Of a DNA stretch of 64,000 bases, positions 1-10,500 are shown in pieces. The DNA is from Azolla caroliniana. Lineage: Eukaryota; Plantae; Polypodiophyta. Under the pieces are notes generated by a model. The model did no database searches. It saw only the letters and a list, made by a program, of their open reading frames with translations, and was not told the origin of the DNA. How positions within the stretch are numbered: position 1 is the first letter of the stretch; each line of letters begins with the position of its first letter. The stretch lies in assembly GCA_043228905.1 (NCBI GenBank), contig JBHGNT010000016.1, positions 13,578,001 through 13,642,000 of the forward strand, read 5' to 3'. Both the position numbers and the translations under genes were made by a program.

Positions 1-3000
1 ACTGAAAGACAACTATCCTCCACAAGGATGCGGTCGTTAGTTCAGCAAAATCCTTGACCATCTTCTCTTAACTGTTTGAACCTAAACGGTTCATCATCGT
101 ATGATGACCCTGCCATTCGAAATCCGTAGGGAATATCAGCAATCATTAGCGTATATTCCTTCTTTGGCACTTTTTGGATCATGCCACCAACATCGCTGCA
201 AATCACGTTGTAGTAAAGATCTTTCGTAATATCCTTTTTGTGGCTAAATTTTTTGAAGGAGCCATCTTCCTCAATTTCGTACACCTTGACTAAGTGTCGA
301 TCCTTTTCTTTTCTAGCTCTCTCGAGATGTGCAAGGAAGGATCTCGGGAAATCGTGTATATCCTTAACTTCTCCTTTGTTTCTTGCCATGACACGGTTTC
401 TAATAAAAGCAATAAGACATCAAGTATTATTACACAACCTCTACATATGAGGAAAGCTTAATGAAAAAACACCAATACTAACCCAATCCTTGAATGCAAT
501 AAAATACTCGGATAACGCCTTATATGAACACATTAGAGGATAATCCTCGGTCAATTGTTCCCAAATTATACATCCAAGTTGTTTCATCATAACTTCTTGG
601 ATCTTCATGTACACCTTATGACTGTGAAATTAGAAAACGAGATTAGAACTTTCAATTGCACCATATTGAATTCAATATCACTATTTGAAAGACTTACTTA
701 TTGAACTCAGTGACCATTTCTTCAAGGCTTAAATCTTTCGCCACAACCCTTGACAAAACAGACACAAGAAGCTGCTCATCCTTAATACCTTGCATCGCTC
801 TCCATAGAGACAGCTTCACGTCGTCAGCCAATTTTCTTGGCCGCTTGTGACTTTAATTCTAGTTGAGGGTCTACCTTACATTTCTTTTGTTGTTGACCCT
901 TGACCTCCTTATTCTCCCACATTGAGAAGATTTGATCTTGTAGGTCCCATACTTCTCCATCTCTAAAGGGAAGTTGAAACCAGGACTCATATTTCCGAAG
1001 ACCATTGGACTTAACATTATCATCCACCACAATGCCGACTTCATGCAAGTATTGACGTCATAGGCCTGGATGAAGCTTCACACGGAACTTTTGTTTGACG
1101 TCCAAGTACTCATGGTGGAAGAACCTTATATGCTCAATCGATGACATTTTCTGCCTATAGTCATTATCGTTATTGTGGTCCCATGCCAACAACTTTGCCT
1201 CTTCAGTTGTGAGGCCCACATAAATTTTGCACTCGGCATACTTGAAGAAGAAAGTTGTTGGATGTTCTCTCACAAGTTTCCGACGTGCCTCCGCCGAATG
1301 CGATCCACCAATTACAAAGTAATTGTATTGATCATGCTTTCTTATGTCAAATTCTTCAGTGGTTTCACATTCTTTGGGATCCACCATAACAATAAAAGGC
1401 ACAACGGTAGCATGTGGATTAATTTTCATTTTTTTCTTGAGATTTTGAACATGCATTCGGTGTGGCTCTCTAATCTCAAGTGGTCTTCGTCCTGTTTTTT
1501 CATCTACAGAGGGCCGATGGATGTGTGTTATAGGAAAATTAAACCCTTGCCCTTTTCTCACCAGTTTACACTACATTAACTCTCTCTGTATCTTATTCTG
1601 CTCGGATGACAACACATCCGATGCCAGCTCAGCTCCTGGCATCCCCTTAGTGTCCTCATCTTCATTTGAGCTTGGTGAGTCGGAGTCCGACATTTTAGTG
1701 GTCTTCTTTTTTGCTAGTTTTGATTGCACTTTAGATGCCCTTTTCGGGGACTTCACTGGGGAGGGAAAGGGCTCCCTTAGAGTTACATGGCCTTGTATAT
1801 AAGGCCTCAAGGTGACAATAAGGTTTTGTGAGCTTTATAGATCTTTTTTAATAGATTATAGCCCACAAGATTCCTTTACAAGTCGATCTTTAGAAAGGTA
1901 CACTTTACGTACCCCCTTCGAGCACTCTATCATTACAAGAATGTTGGCTGAATCTGAATCTTCGTAGTCAAATCGTAGAATATGGCCATACATAAATGCA
2001 GTGTCATTTTCAAGTTGACCATCGCCCTTCTTCTTTGTTGTATAAAGCACAACTTTTTTCTTGGAGTCGACATATTGCATACACCATTCCTTGTCCGTTA
2101 GATCATGGTCAAGAAGGTTCTCACCACCAATAGCTGCTAACATTTTCTTTTGGCTGACATCATCGGATGGTTGAGGTTTTTTCTCCTTGTTGAAGAGAAG
2201 CTTTTTTCCTCTCTTCATGTTCTGAGGAACTATTAGTTTCTGGGTGTCAATTGGAGAGCCCTGAATCCGGAGCTTTATTTTCTTCACAGGTCGGTCCGAC
2301 AAGTTCTCAAACGACCTATTTAAGAAAGGACATGCGAAAATATAAGTTAGGTGGTTGCCTAGACTAAGGTTGTATATTAAAATATACATAAGTAGATCAA
2401 GACAAAAACTAGCAGGCGAGTTATGCTAAACTCTAAATATCAATCATACTTTAAGTGAGCATGATATACCTTTATTTGGAATTTAAATCTAGTAAGGGCT
2501 ATTCAACTTTGAAAATTATATATCTTAATAATTATACAAGGATATGTATCATATTGAAGGGTAGGTATGGCTTATATTGATTCCATATCCATATTGTTGA
2601 GAATTCTAATATGATAAACTTAAATTTGGTTTCATAAAGGTAATTCGTGGGTTATTTTCTATTATTTTAAGCTATTATAGGTCATAAAACCTTTTTAAGT
2701 AAGGCCGCTAAATGTTACAAAATGTAGGAAATGTCATTAAAAAAGTTTGAATTGGACATAAAATTGGTATCTTTTCACACATATACCACATTGTTCCCCC
2801 AACAACACAACATTCCTGTTTAAATTTTGTGTTTTATATAGTAACTCGATACGATGTATCGAGTTCATGTATAAAACACAAAATTTAAATCGGAACTCGA
2901 TATATGGTAACGAGTTCATGTATAAAACACATACTTTACACAAGAACTCGATACGCTGTATTGAGTTACTATATAAAACACAAAATTTAAACAGGAACTC

Positions 3001-3410
3001 AATACGCCGTATCGAGTTCTTGTATGAAACACAAACTTTAAACAGGAACTCGATACGGTGTATCGAGTTCCTATGTAAAACACAAACTCTAAACAGGAAC
3101 TCGATATGTCGTATCGAGTTCCTATATGAAACACAAAATTTAAACAGGAACTCGATACAGCGTATCGAGTTCCTGTATGAAACACAATCTTTAAACAGGA
3201 ACTCGATACGTCGTATCGAGTTTCTATATAAAACACAAACTTTAAATAGGAACTTGATATATCGTATTGAGTTCCTGTTTAAAACACAAACTTTAAGTAG
3301 GAACTCGATACGTCGTATCGAGTTCTTGTGTGCTAAAACATATTTACAAAAATGTCCGAACTGCCAGGCGCATACCTGGATTCTTGGCGCTTGATTTTTT
3401 TCGAAGACAT
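1..3410 (-). pseudogene. Spliced gene for a ParB/Sulfiredoxin-like domain + beta-class N6-adenine/N4-cytosine DNA methyltransferase fusion (disrupted; 3' end runs off the window)
   Basis: Exons 3410-3376 (MSSKKIKRQES), 2315-698, 621-483 and 399-<1, with GT-AG introns 3375-2316, 697-622 (GTAAGT donor) and 482-400. Introns 1 and 2 splice in frame. ORFs 1856-2389, 1571-1810, 1058-1561 and 824-1048 share one frame broken by TAA/TAG/TGA. ParB-like motifs: YFVIGGSHSAEARRKL (GGSHS 1295-1309) and IYVGLTTEEAKLLAWDHN. MTase motifs: VICSDVGGMIQKVPKKEYTLMIADIPYG (DIPY 126-137), continuing after a frameshift near 69 as LEKMVKDFAELTTASLWRIVVF. Confidence 0.72.
2813..3327. repeat. Array of ten 27-bp palindromes (GGAACTCGATACG-N-CGTATCGAGTTCC) at 51-bp period inside intron 1 of the ParB-MTase gene
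   Basis: Palindromes start near 2841, 2892, 2943, 2994, 3045, 3096, 3147, 3198, 3249 and 3300. They are separated by a conserved ~24-bp A-rich linker (TATATAAAACACAAAATTTAAACA). The leftmost linker is inverted, making an ~80-bp palindrome at 2813-2895. Confidence 0.95.
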
Positions 3411-3535
3411 GATTCACGTTGTCGATGCTTAGGGGGAGATGACAATTTGGTGTTGCGTGCTATGGGCTCTTTGTGCTCTGTCTGCTCGTGTGCTTTGTTC
3501 TGCGCGTGAGTGATTGAGAAATGAGGAGGTCTTCC

Positions 3536-3544
3536 TATTTATAG
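3536..3544 (-). promoter_or_regulatory. TATA box (CTATAAATA) of the ParB-MTase gene
   Basis: Plant-consensus TATA ~125 bp upstream of the ATG at 3410 on the minus strand. Confidence 0.6.
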
Positions 3545-3557
3545 GGATTGACCACAG

Positions 3558-3587
3558 TGGTTAAAGTAACTACAGTCACTTTAACCA
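3558..3587. promoter_or_regulatory. 30-bp imperfect palindrome just upstream of the TATA box
   Basis: TGGTTAAAGTAACTA/CAGTCACTTTAACCA, 13/15 arm match. Regulatory role is inferred from position only. Confidence 0.4.
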
Positions 3588-3708
3588 GGGTTGGTAAGCT
3601 TAAGGTTAGTTAGTTAGACATAAGAAAGAGTTAGTTAGTTACTTTATTTAGTACATAATCTTGAATATACCAATCCCTCTCTAATGGATTTGATTTTAAA
3701 TGATGCTT

Positions 3709-4006
3709 ATGAATGAATCAATGATTAAATACTCAAACTAACATATTAATGATTATTTTATACTCAAACTAATATACAATGATTTTGAAGGTCATGAAGG
3801 AAACAATGATAAAGGTTCATGAATGAACCAATGATTGAATACTCAAAGCAACATTTTTATGACTCTCTAATGTTTTGTATTAAAGATGGGGCCATGAATG
3901 AACCAATGATTAAAAAGGCTTATATTTAAAATGGTGGGCATGAATGAACCAATGATTAAGAAGTTCTATATTAAATATGGGTGCCATTAATTAACCAATG
4001 ATTTTA
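3709..4006 (+). repeat. Five dispersed copies of ATGAATGAACCAATGATT (CCAAT-containing) between the divergent genes
   Basis: Copies near 3709, 3819, 3895, 3940 and 3986. Confidence 0.75.
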
Positions 4007-4332
4007 ACTTTAAACCAACATATATATGGCTTGGTAATGATTGTAATTATATTATACTTCATGGCTAAAGTTAATTTAATTTAAATTATATATTATAGGA
4101 TTAATAAGGTATAAAATATAATGGATTCAACTTTATATTGACTAGTTTAAGTAATTATTAATATGTTGAATAAAATTATTATATTAAAAATAATATCTTT
4201 ATTTATTGTATTAATATAATATTAAATAATATAGACATTATATTGAGGGAGCTTATGTTTAGAGAGGAGCTTATCAGTTTTTTATATTAACCCAAGCACA
4301 TAACTTAAAGAGCTCTGTGTGGACCTTAAGCC

Positions 4333-6716
4333 ATGAGTGAAGACTCACCGTTCTCGATTGAAGAATATTGTTTGTCATCAGACTCTTCATTTTCTACTGA
4401 AGAGTATTATTTGTCGACAGACTCACCATTTTCTATCAAAGAATATTATCTGTCAACAGACTCACCCATTTCTATCGAAGAGTATTGTCTGAGCTCATCT
4501 TCACCTACAACACATGTGAATAATGACACATGTGAAGAGTTCTCTATTGAAGAATACGATATTAATAAAGATACGGAGAATGAAGGTAGTGACAATGAAA
4601 CATCGAATATCATGGGTGACGGTCACAACAAAGAATTGGATTGTAACAAGGTTACACCAACTTCTGAAGAGGTTCCAAGTATGAAAGGTGCAATTGGAAG
4701 ACATGCTATTGGTTGGATGAAAAGTTACATTCAGTTAAATTGTGAAGTAATGCCCACTATAGGTAGGATGCACCTCTTTGATAATTACACACGTTTGGAA
4801 GTTTATGATGTCTATCGATTTGATATGGTGAGCTCACATAATAAATCTGTCACATATAGCCAATTCACAAGATTATGGAGAGCTCGATTTTCAAATGTTA
4901 TCATTCCACGTAAAGTACACATGGGGTATTGCTCCATTTGTGCAAATCTTAAAAGTTTGGCTAAAGGTGCAAAGACATCAATGGAAAAGGATATGAGTAA
5001 GAAGTTACTACAAGAGCATCGTGAGGCACAATCGTTAAAATGAAAGAAGGCGATGCATCATAGAGAGAAGTGTTTGAAGAGGCCCGAATAATACATGTGC
5101 TTAATCATAGATGGCATGGACCAGACAAAGACGTGCTTGCCGCATATGCGGAGGCTCCCCAAAGACGTCAATGATAAGTGCCTTGTTCAAATGCACTTGG
5201 TGGGATGGTTGGCTTATAATAGGTCGGTTGGACCTCATGTCTTCATTACATACCCCAATGTTCACAATGACCCTAACCTAACAGTTACAGTGATTCATCG
5301 AGTTTTGATGTCTTGGGGCCAACTGTTCCCCCTTGTTCTATACATTCAATTCGACAATACTGCTAGAGAGAACAAAAATTCAACTGTGTTTAGCTATCTA
5401 AGTATGTTGGTCAACCAAGGATTGTTTAGAAAAGTAAAAGTTAATTTTCTTTTGGTTGGCCACACACATGATCATATAGATTAGATATTTAGCACATTCT
5501 CTAGATAGTTGTCTTGGCATGATGCTTTGACATTACCAAAGCTATTTGATGTCATTTGTGATGCATATACACCATGCCCAAAAGTGTTATAATTGAAGGA
5601 GGTATATGACTTTAAGAGATATATATCAGATGGGGGTGTTGGGAATGTTAAAGTGCTTGCCCAATTAAACAATATAAGCTTCAATCACATTTTTATGATA
5701 AAGAAAAATGAAATAAGTGGTCTACGGTTTTGTATGCTAAACAATATTCATCTTCTACAACATGGGAACCTGAAGGTGGTTGCCAATTATTACTTTGTAT
5801 GCCGAGTACAATTGTCCATGGAGCTAAACAAATGCCAATTGAGAAGAAAGGACAATTGCATAGTGACCTAGTATTGGAACAAAAACAATTATGGCTCCAA
5901 GTCTTAGAAGGAAAAAAAAAGCATATTGAGGCCGCCAAGAAATGTGCCGCACAACAAGACACATCATGGTGGGATGTATTTTTTAGTGATCAGAAAGGAA
6001 TTATAGACAATTGTGTATTTGGTGATAATTGGAATTTGGAAACGCCATTCACATGGTCGCTACAACATGATCGTGTAAATAAAACTCTGGAGCAACCAGC
6101 AAATGCGATTAATGATAGTTTGGTCCATCCACAACAAAGAGAGATTTATGTGGGACCAAGGATGACCAAAGCAACCGAAGCTAGATGGCAAGGCAATTTG
6201 CAAGAGCTCGCGGTGGGGATGTTGATTGCAATGCCGGCTGATGAGAACTCACATGGCCACCAATTTTGGGTTGGTAAAATTCTAGAAGTGCTAATGCATG
6301 AAATAGGAAACACGATCAAGTCTATAAATGTTCATTGGTACAACACTAGAAGTACAAATGCTTTTACAGGTAAGTATGCATTGGAGATGATTGAATACCC
6401 AACGACAAGGGGAGGTAGGAAGAGGAAGCGAAACATTCGTAACACCTCAACCCTTGATATCTCTGATGTGGATATCATCGTGTATGACTTAACGCTTACA
6501 AAAGCCGGACAATTAAGGAAGTCAACAATAGATATAGTAAAAGAAAAATTACCAGGTCTACAAGGTGGCTCGAGTTGTAGGCAAACGAGATCTGCTACAT
6601 ATAATCTAGAGTCAAACCATTTGGTTTATGACAAAGATAATGCAGTAATTGGTACATTCAAGGATGACGAGGAGGAATCGTCATTGTATATTCGTTATAG
6701 TAGTGATTCTCCGTAA
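4333..6716 (+). pseudogene. DDD-type DNA transposase (Sola-related/DUF7869-like motif set) with CxxC-H motif and C-terminal beta-barrel domain; disrupted
   Basis: One frame from 4333 through several stops (5041, ~5089, 5482, 5506, 5590), then a frameshift near 5715-5730. Motifs: FTRLWRARFSNVIIP, CSIC...H, IIDGMDQ (D 5110), LYIQFDNTARENKN (D 5353), FLLVGHTHDHID[Q]IFS (D 5479), VYDFK. Superfamily assignment is tentative. Confidence 0.75.
4342..4497 (+). repeat. Four 39-bp coding repeats (DSPFSIEEYxLSx) at the transposase N-terminus
   Basis: Visible in the 4333 ORF translation, with a further partial FSIEEY copy at ~4540. Confidence 0.85.
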
Positions 6717-7500
6717 AGGAGTGATCATGAATGTATTTTTGGCTATTAAGTGTAACTACATTCCGCTTGTAACAAATCGAGTAATATAAAAGCATGTGTT
6801 TTGAATTCTTATGATTTCTAAAAAATCATTTCCTATAAAATAACATCGGTTGTAAAGTTTGTGATATAAATTGAGCATGTAACTTTTTGAAATTCCTCTT
6901 TTTTTATTTATTTCTAAATCACGAAAATAGTGGATTTTTAACCTTTTTCATAGTATATTTGAACATGTATGAAACTGGTATCAATGTGTTTTGTAAATCA
7001 TTGAAAAAGTACTAAAATTGATCAAAATATTCCTTATCCTTCCATTTATGCGCAATCCTTCCACTTGTGAACGTGAACGTGTTTTTGGCTCGTATAATAG
7101 ACCAACCAATACCAATTTTGCTCGGTACGCTGCATCAGTGCACTGCTAATGGCGATGTTCGATGCGTTAATGAACACGTGGAATGGGCACATCTAGTCTA
7201 GGGGTTGGACAATTGGTGCTTGTGTTACCATTACTTTTAGGTGAATCAAGTAGGAGAGGAAGAAAGAGAGAGTTAGAGAAATAATATAATCAAACAAATA
7301 AGTTAGCTCATTTGGGAAGAGGCTCGTGTTTCGAAGTTGGAGTCAAGGGTTCAACGAAAGAAAAGTTGTATCTTGTGATCGACATTGTAACTTTGGTAAA
7401 ATATTGTGTTGTTAATATAAAGCTTGTTCTTATAATACATTTTCACTTCTTAAATCATACATTGTCTCTTATCTCTTATGGATGCTCATCTGTCTCTCAC

Positions 7501-10500
7501 TGTAAAGAATCAAGAGATGGATTCTTGTGAAGCGGAATAGGTGTGAACTGTGTGTGTGTGAGATAGAGAGAGAGAGAGAGACACACACACACACAGAGTA
7601 TACGCAAGGTTAAAAGTCTATTAACAAAGGAGAAAGACTCAACGTTATACAAGGTGGGAGGAGGGTGCTTTATGTAGTCACCCTTTCTCTTCATTAACTA
7701 CAAGGCTCATGGAGCATGGGGAATGTGAAAGCTCATAAGTTATGTGTCATAGAATATGATTCTATGACTCATACTAAATGCTAGAATACAAAGTGGTGAC
7801 ATAATGGTGACTCTTGACCGTTGAGGTGTCGCTTCACTCTCAAGGTGAGTTCACACACTAGAACAAGTTGAGCTTGATTCTCAACACGCCCCCTCAAGGT
7901 CAAGTCGGGTCGGTTTCAGACGATATCCGACATCCGCTTCAATTCACATTCGAGAGTCCACGTCGACTCGCTTTATGCGGAGTTGCGAAATCCGTGCTCT
8001 AGCTTGCGTTGTGCGTAGTTACGAAGTCTGTGCTTCGGCTTGCGTCTTTCTTCGCGGCTTTGCGCGGTAGATCGGCTCTTTGCTGCTACGTTGCGTGGTT
8101 GCGGAATCTATGCGTTATTGCGTAGTATCTTCAGTACTCCCCCTCAAGCTTGGCAGGTCAAGGATCGTCAATCCGAGATCGGTCATGAATTGCCATAGCT
8201 CGTCGGCTCCTAAGGCTTTAGTGAAGATGTCAGCCATTTGAAGATTGGAGCTTATGTGTTGTAGGTCGACATTGCCAGCCAGAACGCGCTCTCGGATGAA
8301 GTGATAGTGCACTTCGATGTGCTTTGTCCGCGCGTGGAACACCGGGTTCTGAGCCAGATAGATACTGCTCATGTTGTCACAGTGAAGGGAAGTCGGATCC
8401 TTGATGGGTACACCGAGATCCTTCAAAATCCTCTTGAGCCATACGGCTTCATAGGCAGCTACGGTTGCGCCCCTGTATTCCGCCTCTGTACTCGAAAGAG
8501 CGACGGTGGGCTACTTCTTGCTACTCCAGGATATTGCTTCGCTACCGAGAGAGAAAAAAAATCCGAAGGTTGATCTTCTATCATCTTTGTAGCCGGCCCA
8601 ATCGGCGTCTGTGTACCCCTCGAGTCGTATTGGCATTGCGGTCTTGTAGAGGATGCCGCAATCCATTGTGCCGCTCACGTAGCATAGAACTCACTTAACG
8701 CAATCCAAGTGAGTATCACGCGGTGTTTGCATGAATTGGCTAAGGAGACCGATTGTATAACTGAGATCGGGTCATGTGATCGTGAGGTAGATGAGACTCC
8801 CGATGAGTTGCCGATACTGAGTCGGCTCACACGCTTTGGTGCCGGAGTTCGCATCTAGTTTGAGATTGTGATCAAGTGGTGTTGCCGTAGATTTGGACTC
8901 AGCCATCCCGAACTTGTATAACAAGTTGAGGATGTAGTGTCGTTGAGAGATCATGACTCCGACCGGAGTCTGAATTACCTCGATGCCGAGGAAGTAGTGG
9001 AGCTCCTTCATGTCCGTCATCTCGAACTTGTCGGAAAGGAGGGATTTGACTTTATTGATTTTGACGAGATGCTCACCTCCAATGACTAGGTCATCCACAT
9101 ATAAGATGATGACGATCGGACTTGCAGAATCGCTTCGTATGTAGAGGGAGTTGTCCGATTTTGACATACAGAAGCCGATTTGATGAAGATATTGCGTTAT
9201 CTTCGAATGCCAAGCACGTGGTGCTTGCTTGAGGCCGTAGAGTGGCTTCTTGAGTCTGCAAACCGCTTTTGGATGGGTGCTCGAGCTCAAGCCGGGTGGT
9301 TGGATCATGTACACCCCTCTTCTAATTCTCCTTGTAGAAAGACGTTCTTGACATCCATTTGATGGAGGTGCCACCCTTTCGCCGCGGCAAGCACAATTAC
9401 GGTCCGCACCGTTGTCATCTTTGCCACCGGGGCAAAGGTTTCCTCGTAGCCAACTCCGTGCGTTTGGGCGTAGCCTTTCGCTACGAGTCGTGCTTTGTAG
9501 CGGTTTACGGAGCCATCGGCGTTATACTTCACCTTATAGATCCATCTGCATCCGATCGCCTTTTTGTGCGGTGAGGTGGGAACGAGATCCCTTGTCTCGT
9601 TTTTCCATAGTACCTGCATCTCCTCGTTCATTGCTTCGATCCATCGCGGGTCCTTCGCGGCTTCGGAAAAGGTTTCCGACTCCCGTACTGTCGCTACCTT
9701 CATCATAAAGGCGTAATGGTACGCCATATAATCGTTGTAGCCGAATCGGCTTACGGGGTTTTTTTCACGGGTGGATCGACGGAGTTTTTCATTTGCAGAG
9801 ATGAGGGCTTTCTTAGCTCCGATTGATACCTCGAAGCCGCCGAACTCACTGTTGAGTGAGTGAGTCGATTCATCGTCGTCGAAGCGATCGTCTTCATATT
9901 CCGCTATTCTCGCCTTGCCTTTGTCCATCTTCGGGCTAGGCTGTGATGTGCTTTGATTGCTCAAAGGCTCTTGTGGTCCGCTCAGTCGGGTCGTGATCGG
10001 ACTTTCTTCAAACATGCACGTAAGGCGATCTTCATCCTCTATCTCTTGTTCGGTAGATTCTGGGTCGAGCAGGGTCGGAGTCGAAGTTGTCTCTGGTGCA
10101 TATCAGGATGCAGACTCGTCAAAGACGACGTCTCGACTTACTCGAGATTGTCGAGTTGAGGGGTTGTAGCACTTGTACCCCTTTTGCTCCAGTGAGTATC
10201 CTACGAGGATACATTTCTCCGACTTCGGGTCGAGCTTTTGACGCTTCTTGTCGAGGATGTGCACATACGCAATGGAACCGAATATCCGAACATGTGATAG
10301 GTTCGGCTTCTTTCCGAAGAATCTTTCGTGCGGAGTGACCTCGTGCACACCGGATGTTGTGCACCGGTTCATTAGGTAGATGGCCGTATTTGCCGCTTCG
10401 GCCCAATATGACTTGGGCATATGCTTCTCGTTCATCATGGCCCGCTACTTCGAGGATGTGCCGATTTTTGCGCTCGGCTACTCCGTTTTGTTGCGGAGTG

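Larger units (their letters stand above)
1..7242. mobile_element. Putative large DNA transposon (left end outside window) carrying a DDD transposase and a divergent ParB-like/DNA methyltransferase gene
   Basis: Contains a transposase pseudogene and a divergent cargo gene. Sequence switches at ~7243 into the middle of a gypsy LTR (the intact copy at 15899-16630 has ~277 more bp upstream of the matching point). The TIR partner and TSD are not visible, so the boundary is inferred. Confidence 0.55.

Noticed and set aside
2813-3327. CRISPR array
   Set aside because: The palindromic repeats are regular, but the intervening segments are near-identical rather than unique spacers. There are no cas genes and the context is eukaryotic.
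2737-3417. ORFs of 226, 175 and 106 aa over the 51-bp array
   Set aside because: Open frames are a by-product of a stop-free 51-bp (3n) unit. The region is better explained as intron 1 of the minus-strand gene.
7150-7200. Helitron 3' end (hairpin + CTAG)
   Set aside because: CTAG motifs occur at ~7193-7201, but no convincing GC-rich hairpin at the right spacing and no Rep/helicase sequence is visible.
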